Assembly: GCA_947624405.1 (NCBI GenBank)
Contig: CANQKB010000003.1
Span: 1-38,349 of the forward strand
Length of the DNA stretch: 38,349 nt
Direction: 5' to 3'
Source of the DNA: an uncultured Clostridia bacterium
GTDB lineage: Bacteria; Bacillota; Clostridia; TANB77; CAG-508
Part shown: positions 12,149 to 22,610 of the stretch, piece by piece
Layout of the letters: every line of letters begins with the position of its first letter
Position numbering within the stretch: the first letter of the stretch is position 1
Translations under genes and position numbers: made by a program
Notes under the pieces: generated by a model
The model's input: only the letters and a program-made list of their open reading frames with translations
Databases searched by the model: none
Told to the model about the DNA's origin: nothing

Positions 12149-13232
12149 CTACTGTTTATTATATAATTCAAATATTTCTTGTATTTCTTTGCTTGTTTTT
12201 TTCCAATCAAATCTTTTTGCCCAAGCAATTCTTTTTTCGATATCTTCCTTTGTATCTACTCTGTTAATTTCTTCCTTAATTACTCTTGCCATTTCCTCTA
12301 TATCTTTAGGATTAAAGTATGGTATAACATTCCCTCCTACTTCTGTAAGTGATGATGTATTTGAACTTACTACCTTTGTTCCACAAGCCATTGCTTCTAT
12401 TACAGGCAATCCAAAGCCCTCATACAAAGATGGAAATACAAATAGCTCTACTAAATTATATAAATCTACCAATTCATCTTCTGTAACAATTCCAGTATGA
12501 ATTGTATTTTTTTCTATACTTAGCTCTTTTTCTTTATCTCCTAGAATATTATAGTTTTCAAAGGCTTTTCCAACTAAAATCAAGGCATATTCATCATTAT
12601 TTTCAATTTTACTAAATGCTTCCAAAAGTCTTTCTAAATTTTTATGAGGTTTTAAATTTCCAACATACATAAGTAATTTCTTATCTCTTGGAATTCCAAA
12701 TTTTTTATATAGATAATCTATACTTTCTTTTGGTTTATTTACTAAATTATCTTTTACACCCAAATAGACTACTTTTATTTTATTTTCATCTACTTTAAAA
12801 AATTTTATTAAATCTTTCTTAGTATTTTCAGAAACAGTAAGTATAATCTTTGATTTTTTTATTGCAATTTTCATCATTAATTTTGCATAATATTTTGCAA
12901 ATTTATTTGATAAAAATTCTGAATACACTAAATGCGTTAAATCATGTATTGTAACTATCATATCTCCTCTATAAAATATTGGCACATTATAATGAGGAAC
13001 ATGCAAGAGGTCAGGTTTATGTTTTTTTAACTCCTTATATGGAAATTTAAGTTGTTCTTTAATACCATATATTGGAACATCAAACTCTATAAACTCCTTT
13101 ATCTCTTTTATGTCCTTAATTTCTTCCTTTTTACCGAAGTGCAATATCATAGCTATTATTTTTTATTAAATTCTGTATATAAGTTCCAATGCCAGACATA
13201 TTATACATTCTAGCATCTACTGCTATTTTCAT
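12149..13232 (-). CDS. Glycosyltransferase family 4 (+1 shift at CGGT 13136-13133; ~360 aa)
   Basis: The true start MKIAVDARMYNMSGIGTY (ATG 13232) ends in CTT CGG TAA. Skipping the C gives GKKEE... and continues to TIHDL, KPHKN and EGFGLPVIEA. Confidence 0.88.
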
Positions 13233-13250
13233 CTGTTTCAACTACCTTTT

Positions 13251-14184
13251 CTAAATTGATTTATAAAAATCGTACATACTTTTTAAAACTTTTTCTAAAT
13301 CATTTTCTATTTTTTCATCTTTCATAATTTTATCAAGTTTTTCCGTATCCGCACAAATATATGGAGTATCAACTGCTCTAATTTTACTTTGGTCAACAAT
13401 TACATCAATTTTTTTATCTGAAAAAGATATAATTTTATCTAATACTTCTTTCATTTGGTACGATTTTCCAGAGCCCACATTAAATACATCAAATCCATTT
13501 TCATGGTTTTCAAGTATTTTTCTATATGCTCTTACAACATATCTTACATCACTTAAGTCTCTATATGCCGATAAATTTCCTATATAAATTTTTCCTTCAC
13601 CATCTTCTTTTGAAGCTTCTGCTACTTGTTTACAAAAACTTGGAAGAGCGAAATTATCAGCTTGCCCAACTCCTGTGTGATTAAAACTTCTTGTACATAC
13701 TATATTTAATCCATATGATTTTGCATACATTTTTGCAATATTTTCACCGAGCAATTTTTGATATTCCATATGGATTATTTGCATCTAAGACATCTGTTTC
13801 TTTAAGTGGTGTATCCTTTTGTACATACTCTTCACTTGAACCTATAAGAAGTATTTTGCATTCTGGCAAATTTTCTTTTATACATTCTAAAATATTTATT
13901 GTTCCAATACAATTAACATTTATTGTTTGTTCTGGCATTTTCCATGATAAACCTACTGAGCTTATTGCTGCTAAATTTATAAGATATTCTGGTTTATACT
14001 GATTTAAAATACGTGCTATATTTTCTTTATCTAATATATTTATTTTCTCATATTTTACATCATAATCATATCTGAAAGAATCTGATGTATCTCCTGCAAT
14101 TACCTCATATCCACTATCTATGTATTCCTTAATAAGGTATCCTCCAACAAATCCATTGGCTCCTATTATAAACACTTTTTTCAT
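13251..14184 (-). CDS. rmd: GDP-4-keto-6-deoxy-D-mannose reductase-like SDR (+1 shift at CGGT 13749-13746; ~310 aa)
   Basis: GANGFVG, LAAISSV, GSSEEY, PYGISK, RSFNHTG and GNLSAYRD motifs. Lies next to gmd. GCT CGG TGA is rejoined as A-G-ENIAK. Confidence 0.75.
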
Positions 14185-14191
14185 TATTAAA

Positions 14192-15202
14192 TCATTCCTT
14201 TACTAATTTCAAATCATTTTCAACCATTAATTTAGCAAGTTGTTTATAATCGATTTCTCTTTTCCATCCAAGTTTTTGTTCTGCCTTAGTAGGATCTCCT
14301 ATAAGCAATTCTACTTCTGCAGGTCTAAAGAATTTTGGATTTACTTTTACTACCTTTTTATCTGTTCCTTTTAATGTTGCATATTCATTTACACCTTCTC
14401 CATGCCATTCTATTTCCATTCCGCCTGCTTCAAATGCAAGTGTAACAAATTCTCTAACTTCATGTGTTTCTCCTGTTGCTACAACATAATCATCTGCTTT
14501 TTCTTGTTGTAGCATAAGCCACATAGCTTTTACATAATCTCTTGAATGTCCCCAATCTCTTTTGGCACTCAAATTTCCAAGTTCTAAGAAATCTTGCATT
14601 CCATTTTTTATTTTAGCTACTGCCATTGTTATTTTTCTTGTAACAAATTCTTCTCCTCTTCTTTCTGATTCATGGTTAAATAATATTCCTGAACATGCAT
14701 ACATTCCATAACTTTCTCTATAATTTTTTGTAATCCAATGTCCATATAATTTTGCAACTCCATATGGGCTTCTTGGATAAAATGGTGTAGTTTCTTTTTG
14801 TGGTATTTCTTGAACTTTACCAAACATTTCACTTGTAGAAGCTTGATAAAATCTTGCATCTGGTTTTACTGTTCTTATTGCTTCTAACATATTTAAAACT
14901 CCTATTCCATCAATCTCAGCAGTACCAATTGGTGTATCCCATGATGTTGCCACAAAACTTTGTGCTGCCAAATTATATACTTCATCTGGGTTTGCAATTT
15001 TTACGGCTTGAATAAGTGAAGCTAAATCTGTCATATCAGCATAAATTAATTTTACTTTATCTTTTAAGTGCGCAATATTTCCATAATCTACTGTACTTTT
15101 TCTTCTCCAAATTCCATAAACTTCATATCCTTTTTCTAAAAGTAATTCTGTCAAATATGAACCATCTTGTCCTGTAATTCCTGTAATTAATGCTCTTTTC
15201 AT
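14192..15202 (-). CDS. gmd: GDP-mannose 4,6-dehydratase
   Basis: [31 protein letters not shown] and GILFNHES motifs. Confidence 0.97.
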   Translation of the reverse strand: MKRALITGITGQDGSYLTELLLEKGYEVYGIWRRKSTVDYGNIAHLKDKVKLIYADMTDLASLIQAVKIANPDEVYNLAAQSFVATSWDTPIGTAEIDGIGVLNMLEAIRTVKPDARFYQASTSEMFGKVQEIPQKETTPFYPRSPYGVAKLYGHWITKNYRESYGMYACSGILFNHESERRGEEFVTRKITMAVAKIKNGMQDFLELGNLSAKRDWGHSRDYVKAMWLMLQQEKADDYVVATGETHEVREFVTLAFEAGGMEIEWHGEGVNEYATLKGTDKKVVKVNPKFFRPAEVELLIGDPTKAEQKLGWKREIDYKQLAKLMVENDLKLVKE

Positions 15203-16303
15203 TTATACTTCCTCCATTTTTTCTTTATACTTTTCATTTATAAAATCTATCATCTGTCTTCTAAATTCTTTTTCATCAAATTTAACAGCATGTTCTCTTA
15301 TTACATTTTTATCAAATTGTAATTCTTCGAACTTCTCTATAGCTTTTTCTAAATCTTCTACTGTTTGATTTTTAAATAATATTCCAGTTTTTCCATCTAC
15401 TACTGTATCTAGTGCTCCCCCTCTACCAAAAGCAATTACTGGTTTTCCACAACTTTCTGCTTCTACTGGAACTATTCCAAAATCTTCTTCTCCAGGAAAT
15501 AGCAATGCTTTACACTCTGACATATATTTTTTTACAACGTCATCTGGTTGTCTACCCATAAAAGTAACATATTCTTTATTCGCAAGTGCTTCAAGATGTT
15601 CTCTTTCTGGTCCATCACCTATAATTACTAATTTTTTATGAAGATTGCTACATGCCTGTACTGCCAAATCATATCTTTTATATTTAACAAGTCTAGATAC
15701 TACAAAATAATAATCTCCATCATTTGGTGAAGGTTTAAATAATTCCGTTCTAACTGGTGGAAAAATTACTTCTGCTTCTCTTCTGTAATGCTTATTTATT
15801 CTTTTCTTTACTTCATTTGATATTCCAATAAATTCATCAACTCTTTGTGCTGAATCAAAGTCCCATAATCTCATATAGTTCATAAAATATCTAATTAATT
15901 TAGTTTTCATTTTTGACATTCCGTCTGTATATTCGTCTCTCATCTCCCATGCATAACGCATTGGTGTATAACAATAACAAATATGTAATGTGTGTGGTCC
16001 TGTAATTATTCCCTTTGAACAAGCAGAACAACTACTTATCACGACATCATATTCATTTAAATTAAATTCTTCAAATGCTTTAGGAAGAAATGGCAAATAT
16101 TTTTTATGATTATACTCTTTATCTTTTTTCTTCTGCAATGATGATGTAATTATATTCATTTTTTTAAATTCTTCGTCCATTTTATCTGGTAAATAAAAAC
16201 TTGTATATATTGGTGCTTCTGGAAAGCATTTATGTAAATTAATCACTACTTGTTCTGCTCCTCCCATATTTGTTAACCAATCATGGACTATTGCTACTTT
16301 CAT
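15203..16303 (-). CDS. Glycosyltransferase family 4 (WbaZ-like mannosyltransferase)
   Basis: VHDWLTNMGGAE, CYCYTPMRYAW and EEDFGIVPVEA motifs. Confidence 0.88.
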   Translation of the reverse strand: MKVAIVHDWLTNMGGAEQVVINLHKCFPEAPIYTSFYLPDKMDEEFKKMNIITSSLQKKKDKEYNHKKYLPFLPKAFEEFNLNEYDVVISSCSACSKGIITGPHTLHICYCYTPMRYAWEMRDEYTDGMSKMKTKLIRYFMNYMRLWDFDSAQRVDEFIGISNEVKKRINKHYRREAEVIFPPVRTELFKPSPNDGDYYFVVSRLVKYKRYDLAVQACSNLHKKLVIIGDGPEREHLEALANKEYVTFMGRQPDDVVKKYMSECKALLFPGEEDFGIVPVEAESCGKPVIAFGRGGALDTVVDGKTGILFKNQTVEDLEKAIEKFEELQFDKNVIREHAVKFDEKEFRRQMIDFINEKYKEKMEEV

Positions 16304-16336
16304 TATCTTTCCCCCTGTAATTCAAACAATATTTTT

Positions 16337-17386
16337 CTAATTATTCATATACTTTTCTCTAAAAGAATGTACTTTACTGATGCTTTCCTTTTTACCTATA
16401 ACTAGTACATCATCTGTATCTATACAGAATAAATCTTCTGCATCTATTAGTAAAATTTTTTTATTGTCTCCATATATAACATTATTTTTTGAATCACATG
16501 CTTTTACATTTCCATTTAAGATGTTACCATTTTCATCTTTTTGGATATATCTTTCTAATGCATTCCATGAGCCAATATCATCCCATCCAAAATTTCCTGG
16601 TACTACATAGATATTTTTTGATTTTTCCATGACTGCATAATCTATAGATATTGCTTCACATTTTGGATAAATATTTTTTAGTTCTTCTATATAATTTTTA
16701 TCACTTATCTTTGGTAAATTTTTTAATTTAGAATAATCTAAATAATTTTCTTCAAGCTCATTTAAAATATTGTTTACATCAAATATAAACATACCTGCAT
16801 TCCATAAATATGTACCTGAATTCAAATATTCTTTTGCTTTTTCTATATCTGGCTTTTCTACAAATCTATCTACTTTTATTACTTTTCCTGTTTGTTTTTC
16901 AAATTTTATGTATCCATAGCCTGTCTCTGGTCTATTAGGTGTGATGCCTATCGTTACAATTGCTTTTTTATTCTCATTTTTTACATATTCATATGCTGAA
17001 TTTAAAATATCGCAAAATCCATCTGTGTTTTTTATTGCGTGATCTGAAGGAAGTACTGCTATTGTTGCATCTTCGTATATTTGCTTTATATATAATGCTG
17101 AAAGCAATATACAAGGTGCTGTATTTCTTCCTTCTGGTTCTATTATTATATTTTTATCTGGTATTTCATTAAGATTTTCTTTTACTAATTCTTTATATTT
17201 TTCACATGTTACAACAAATATTCTTTCTTTCGGTATTATTTTTAATAATCTATCATATGTTAACTGTATCATCGTTTTTTCATTATCTATTAATTTCAAA
17301 AACTGTTTTGGTAATTTTTCCGTAGACTTTGGCCAAAACCTTGTACCTTTTCCTCCTGCCATTATTAGTGCACAAAACATAATCAT
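16337..17386 (-). CDS. manC: Mannose-1-phosphate guanylyltransferase
   Basis: MAGGKGTRFWP, PKQFL, GRNTAPC, FVEKP, SIDYAVME and GWDDIGSW motifs. Confidence 0.95.
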   Translation of the reverse strand: MIMFCALIMAGGKGTRFWPKSTEKLPKQFLKLIDNEKTMIQLTYDRLLKIIPKERIFVVTCEKYKELVKENLNEIPDKNIIIEPEGRNTAPCILLSALYIKQIYEDATIAVLPSDHAIKNTDGFCDILNSAYEYVKNENKKAIVTIGITPNRPETGYGYIKFEKQTGKVIKVDRFVEKPDIEKAKEYLNSGTYLWNAGMFIFDVNNILNELEENYLDYSKLKNLPKISDKNYIEELKNIYPKCEAISIDYAVMEKSKNIYVVPGNFGWDDIGSWNALERYIQKDENGNILNGNVKACDSKNNVIYGDNKKILLIDAEDLFCIDTDDVLVIGKKESISKVHSFREKYMNN

Positions 17387-17432
17387 TCCTCCATTTATTG
17401 GTCAAATATTGGTTTCAATAAAACACACAACT

Positions 17433-17461
17433 ATTATATATAATATAGAAAAAAATATCAA
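17433..17461 (-). promoter_or_regulatory. Putative sigma-A promoter of the polysaccharide operon
   Basis: Minus strand TTGATA-17 nt-TATAAT upstream of manC. Confidence 0.65.
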
Positions 17462-17519
17462 GTAAATTTATAATTTATTTAAAAAAATGTTACAATTTAG
17501 TGAATTTTAATTAGTCGCT

Positions 17520-17661
17520 AAGCCTGAAAATAGTTGTTTTTACATTCACTTGGTGTCGCAATCTCCAAATGGTATTTTTATATGTCGATTGCTCCAATTC
17601 GCACTCGCTTCGCTCGTTTGATTGCTTACGCGTTCATTTCAAAACAACTATTTTCAGGCTT
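17520..17661. repeat. Palindromic intergenic repeat family A, copy 1 (MITE-like or structured RNA)
   Basis: 21-bp terminal inverted repeat AAGCCTGAAAATAGTTGTTTT / AAAACAACTATTTTCAGGCTT. Core nearly identical to the copies at 24462 and 32261. Confidence 0.9.
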
Positions 17662-17685
17662 TTTATAAATTTCACTGAACTGTTG

Positions 17686-17734
17686 TTACAATTCACATCT
17701 CAACTAGCTAAGCGTGGAGGAATGTGAATTGTAA
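17686..17734. repeat. Short palindrome adjacent to repeat A copy 1
   Basis: 13-bp perfect inverted repeat TTACAATTCACAT / ATGTGAATTGTAA around a GC-richer loop. Confidence 0.6.
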
Positions 17735-17771
17735 AAAATAAGATGAGGTTTTAACCCCACCCTATTTTTTA
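17733..17771 (-). terminator. Intrinsic terminator after the 17778-19079 gene
   Basis: Minus strand ATAGGGTGGGGTT-AA-AACCTCATCTTAT (G-U pairs valid on this strand) followed by a T tract. Confidence 0.7.
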
Positions 17772-17777
17772 TATAAT

Positions 17778-19079
17778 TTACACATTAGCTTCAGTATTAG
17801 TCTCTCTTTTATTAAATTGATATAATACAATTATGCCGACACCAAGTAGGAATGTAATAATCGAGAATATCCAACCAACATATGGAAGATGTCTAATAAT
17901 CCATAATACTATTGAAGTTAATCCAATTAATAACAACTTAAACCAAGTGTTATTTCCTTTTCCAATTTTATCTGCTATAAAGCTTGATATTGCAAGAGCC
18001 ACAACAAATGCTTGTAATAAGAATAGTAACATTCCTGCTACAAGAATTGTAACTCCTAGATATGCTCCAATACCTGTTATAAATAGTAATACTGGTAAAA
18101 CTACGACAAGCACTGTGACTGGAATTCCTATAATAAGCGATATAACACCTTTTACAGAAATATAATTCTTTGCATTTTCTACAAATTTTGGTGCTAAGAA
18201 TATGAAGCATCCAAACAATACTAAATCAAATACTAATGTAGTAATTGCACTTATAACATAATCTAAAATACTTTTACCTTGATTTGCACTATCTGTACTT
18301 ATTTTCTCATTATAATGAGTTTCTCCTTCTACTTTAATTTTATCAATATTTTCTGCTTCATTAGATGCAGTATAATTGAAATCGCCACTTATTGTGAGTT
18401 TTTCTTCTTCAATAGGACATGTGATTGTATTTGCTATTGCATTTACATCTCTTCCTACTAAACCTGTTAAATACAAATAATTTGTATAAACTCTTAAATC
18501 TCTTCCTATATATGCATTCTCACCAAATGTAAGACTATCTGTTGCACATACATAAGCATTATATGCTAATCCATCGATTTCCATTGCTTTTGTAAATGCA
18601 AATATATTTGATTGGACAAATGCATTTTCTGTAAATTTGATAGATTCAGAAGCATAAATGAATAAATCACCATCAATATAAGATGAAACAGTTACATTTT
18701 TACCAAAAATATAAACATTACCAACTACATCTTCTGTTAATTCATAAGTATCATCAGTAGAGTATATATATAAATCTTCATCGCGATATGGGAGTTCCTC
18801 TTCTGCTGTTTCCTCTCCTTCTTCACCTTCTGTTGTTTGTTCTCCTTCAATTCCTTGCTCTTCTTCACCATTTGTTTCATCAGTAGAACCTTCTTCTGGT
18901 TCTGTTGCATTTTCTTCATTCGTTGGTGTTTCTTCACCACTTTCAGGTGTTGTTTCATCTGTATTTTCTACTACTTCGTCTGTATTAACCTCTTCTGCAT
19001 ATACCTTTCCATAAAAACACATACTTAAAGTTAATAACATAACTATTAAAACTATTGTAAAAGTTTTTATTTTTTTCAT
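17778..19079 (-). CDS. Membrane protein with signal peptide, acidic linker, beta-helix (bactofilin/polymer-forming-like) repeats and C-terminal TM bundle
   Basis: GGAGG RBS before MKKIKTF. E/T-rich linker, repeats such as VVGNVYIFG, IDGDLFIYA, IGRDLRVY and VGRDVNAIA, then several TM helices. Confidence 0.7.
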   Translation of the reverse strand: MKKIKTFTIVLIVMLLTLSMCFYGKVYAEEVNTDEVVENTDETTPESGEETPTNEENATEPEEGSTDETNGEEEQGIEGEQTTEGEEGEETAEEELPYRDEDLYIYSTDDTYELTEDVVGNVYIFGKNVTVSSYIDGDLFIYASESIKFTENAFVQSNIFAFTKAMEIDGLAYNAYVCATDSLTFGENAYIGRDLRVYTNYLYLTGLVGRDVNAIANTITCPIEEEKLTISGDFNYTASNEAENIDKIKVEGETHYNEKISTDSANQGKSILDYVISAITTLVFDLVLFGCFIFLAPKFVENAKNYISVKGVISLIIGIPVTVLVVVLPVLLFITGIGAYLGVTILVAGMLLFLLQAFVVALAISSFIADKIGKGNNTWFKLLLIGLTSIVLWIIRHLPYVGWIFSIITFLLGVGIIVLYQFNKRETNTEANV

Positions 19080-19185
19080 TTTGTACCTCCATATTTTTTT
19101 ATTTACTATATCCATTGAAACTTTTTTATTGCTTCACTGAATTAATTAACACTAGTTTCTTCTTTTATAATATTTAAGTTATTAT

Positions 19186-19689
19186 CTATTTCTTTACTAT
19201 TTCTCCAATATCATCAAGGCTTTTATTATAATCCTTTTTTATTTTTCTTCTTAAAAATATTATTTTTATTATAAAATATATTATAACAAAAGCTGCAACA
19301 GATAATATAACTTCGTTAAATGTATCATAATATTGCGAATATAAAGATATTAAATATGACGTAAATATCGCTATAATTAATAATTCTGTTCCATGTCCCC
19401 AAAGACTAGTCTTTTCTTTCCTATATGCAATCTCATACATTGTTATTACAGCAGATAATAATATAATAGATAGTACTCTTAAATCCATTAGATAATTATC
19501 TTTTGGTATGTTTGCCATTCCTAAATTTAGTGTTCCTAAATATATGAGAATAAATGCTCCAAAAATCACATTTTCGAATATTTTACCTGATATTTTTTCT
19601 TTTACTTGCTTTGGCATTTTCTTTTTGGCTTCTAATACTTTTCCAAGTTTTTCAATGTTTTCTGCCGTTTTAGGATTGTTTTTTTTCAT
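19186..19689 (-). CDS. Hypothetical membrane protein (4 TM)
   Basis: Open frame with four hydrophobic segments. GAAAGGA RBS before MKKNN. Directly downstream of xerD. Confidence 0.7.
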   Translation of the reverse strand: MKKNNPKTAENIEKLGKVLEAKKKMPKQVKEKISGKIFENVIFGAFILIYLGTLNLGMANIPKDNYLMDLRVLSIILLSAVITMYEIAYRKEKTSLWGHGTELLIIAIFTSYLISLYSQYYDTFNEVILSVAAFVIIYFIIKIIFLRRKIKKDYNKSLDDIGEIVKK

Positions 19690-19722
19690 ATATTTTCCTT
19701 TCAAAAGAACTTACTACATCTT

Positions 19723-20604
19723 TTAAGCTCTTGGATGTGCTTTTTTATAAATATTCTGTATTGTTGCATCTTGGAATTGCATATATATTTGTGTTGAAGA
19801 TATATCAGAATGACCTAGCATTGTTTGAATCGCTTTTAAGTCTGCTCCATTCTGTAATAAATGCGTAGCAAACGAATGCCTTAATATATGCGGTGTTATT
19901 TCTTTCGTTATATGTGCCTGTTCTTTATAATATTTTACTATTTTCCAAAATCCTTGTCTTGTAAGTCTTTGACCATTTGTATTAACAAATAGTGCTTTAA
20001 CATTTTCATCTTTTATTAATATGTTTCTTGAATTTTCTATATAATCTTTTAACGCCTTTAGACTAAGACTGCCTAAAGGAATATTTCTTGATTTTTCTTT
20101 ACCTTTGCAGGTTACAAATCCTTCTTCTAGATTAACATCTTCTAAATTTAAAGATATTATTTCAGTAACTTTCATTCCTGTAGCGTATGCGAATTCTAAC
20201 ATTGCCTTATCTCTAATTCCCTTTAAGTCTACATTTTTAGGTTGTTCTAGCAATAATTCTACTTCTTGCGATGTTAATACTGATGGAATTTTCTTTTCAA
20301 TTTTAGGTGATTTTATTTGTTCTGTTGGATCTCTTCTTATTTTCTTAACTCTTAAAAGATATTGATAAAAAGCTCTAATTGATGCTAAACTTCTTGATAT
20401 AGTAGAGCTTTTCTTTCCATTTTCATTCATGTATTTTAGATATCCCCTTATTGCTTCTTCATCTACTTTTAAATAATTTAGGTTATTTTTTATTATATAA
20501 TCACTATATTGCATAATATCACGTCTATATGATTGTAAAGTGTTCTGTGATGCTCTTTTTTCATTTTCAATAAAATTTAAGAAATTTTTAATTTGCTTTT
20601 GCAT
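19723..20604 (-). CDS. xerD: Site-specific tyrosine recombinase XerD
   Basis: RDKAMLEFAYATG, HILRHSFATHLL and LGHSDISSTQIY motifs. Downstream of spoIIM, as in other Firmicutes. Confidence 0.9.
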   Translation of the reverse strand: MQKQIKNFLNFIENEKRASQNTLQSYRRDIMQYSDYIIKNNLNYLKVDEEAIRGYLKYMNENGKKSSTISRSLASIRAFYQYLLRVKKIRRDPTEQIKSPKIEKKIPSVLTSQEVELLLEQPKNVDLKGIRDKAMLEFAYATGMKVTEIISLNLEDVNLEEGFVTCKGKEKSRNIPLGSLSLKALKDYIENSRNILIKDENVKALFVNTNGQRLTRQGFWKIVKYYKEQAHITKEITPHILRHSFATHLLQNGADLKAIQTMLGHSDISSTQIYMQFQDATIQNIYKKAHPRA

Positions 20605-20692
20605 GATCCGTTCCTCCCAAAAAAGTATTTAACATAAGATACATATGTTATATCAAATTACGAAAAAAAAGTAAAGACTTTTTTTCAAATTT

Positions 20693-21347
20693 TTACAAAA
20701 AAATCAAGGTCGACATAAATAAATTTGTCGATATATATGTTTCAATGAAAGATGACACAATTAGGCTTATACTTAGCAATATTGAAAACAATGTATGTCT
20801 TAATATTTCTAATTTTATGTTCTCTTTTCTTCTATCTTTCATTATTGATTTATAGAGTCTTATTCCACTAATTGCGAGTGCAAAAATAACTGGTATAAAA
20901 ATTATATTTTGTAATAGCAAAGATGTCATAATAAAAATAGTTCCACGTTTAATTCCAAGTGTTGCGATTATGCAAGATATACTATATCCGAGTGTAAATC
21001 CTCTAAAACATACAATACCATACAGTGCAAATATTCCAATTACTGTAAGACCTGCAAACCACATACAAATAGCAAGTAACAAATTCGTTTTTATAGAGCT
21101 AAAGAAAAGTGCAGTATAATCTATACTAGCATTATTTTTAGCTTTATCTAAAAAAACATTTATATATTTACTTATTTCTTGCCCTTCTTCAATCTTTATA
21201 TTATTTACACATAATACACCGAGAATAACTCCGTACCATAAATATGGCAATGACAATCAAATAATTTCTAAAGTTATTCTCGATATGTGTTTTTATAATA
21301 CCTTTGTTTATATTTTTTCTTTGCTCTCTGGCTCTTTTGTTTTGCAT
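20693..21347 (-). CDS. spoIIM: Stage II sporulation protein M (+1 shift at CGGA 21233-21230; ~217 aa)
   Basis: ATG 21347 MQNKR...YLIVIAIFMV C-GGA VILG. Contains FRGFTLGYSI, QNIIFIP and FIETYIS. Synteny with xerD. Confidence 0.88.
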
Positions 21348-21412
21348 TACATACCTCTTTTTCAATTAATTTATCTTAATCAATGTTTATGTAATACAAA
21401 ATTAATATAGAA

Positions 21413-22609
21413 CTAACCTGTGCAAATTTTTCCGTAAACTCCTCCACCACCGTGCTGAAATTTCAAATTTGCCTTCTTTTGCTTGAGTTATATTCCTAGC
21501 AATCTTTGTTCCAAAAGTAGCTTCTATATCATCAAAAGATAATTTATGTAATATATTCATCTCTGTTCCAAAATTTTCAAGCATTTTATCTATAGTCTTT
21601 GATCCAATACCTGGTATAAAATTTAAAGGTATTTGATAAACATATGGTGGTCTAAATTCAGGACTTTTTGTTTTTTTCTTATCCTTTATCATTTCAATCC
21701 TATCTAGCACGCCTATAGTTAAAATACTGCTATCACATGTATCGCATTTTGTAACAGGTAAATTTCCTTCTACTCTCTTCCCACATATTTCACAATAAGT
21801 TCTATGATATTTTCCAAGTTTTGGATCTAGTCCATAGTTTGCAACAATTTTTCTTCCATCCTCATTTCTTATTGCTTTCATCAATTCTTTAAAGTTAATA
21901 TTATCCACTAATATTTTATTATATTCTCTTGCAATTTTTGGTAGAGAATGTGCATCAGAATTAGTCAAAAACGTTTTTGTTTCTAATTCTGAAATTTCAT
22001 CTGCTAAATACGTATCAGAACTTAATCCGCAATTCTATAGCAGGAATATCAGCATATTTTTCTTTAAATATTTTTTCTAATCTATCAGTACAATTACCAT
22101 AGAAACTTTTATATGGAGTAAATGCATGTGCTGGTATTAAAACTCCATTATGTTTTTCCACAATGCTAATCAATTTATATGCTGATATACTAGCTCTTTG
22201 TGAACTGAGTGTTATGTTATTTATATATTTAGACATTTCCTTTGAAAATGCTTTTATATCTTTTAAATATGGAAAATAGCATAAATTATGAGCACTTCCC
22301 GTTTTACCATTTTCATTTACTTCTGCTGTTTCTATTTCACTACCCAATATCATGCATAGTTTATCTTTGTATATAATTCCTCCGTTCGTCAAGCTCCATT
22401 GCTTCGCCATTTTTTAAAAAAGCTTCAATGTCTTCTATTACATAAGGAGATGCACAGTCTATTATTCCTGCAATATTAATTCCCTTTCTTTCTGCGCATT
22501 CCTTAGCTATATTCTCAAAATTTAAACTTCTTGCTGCTGTAATTTTAATTGGTTTATTGTTTTGTGCTCTTCCTATGTGTATATGTAAATCTGCAAATAC
22601 TTCGTACAT
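21413..22609 (-). CDS. Endonuclease Q / YqxK family PHP protein (three +1 shifts: 22384, 22029, 21452; ~397 aa)
   Basis: ADLHIHIG, PAHAFTP, EL[G]LSSD, TNSDAHS, GKYHRTYC, GVLDRI and A[G]GGGVYGK. The bracketed Gly residues are created by skipping the C of CGG. Confidence 0.88.
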
Positions 22610-22610
22610 T

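Noticed and set aside
19723-20604. Integrase of a prophage or ICE
   Set aside because: Sequence and spoIIM synteny indicate housekeeping XerD. No att sites or phage/conjugation genes are nearby.
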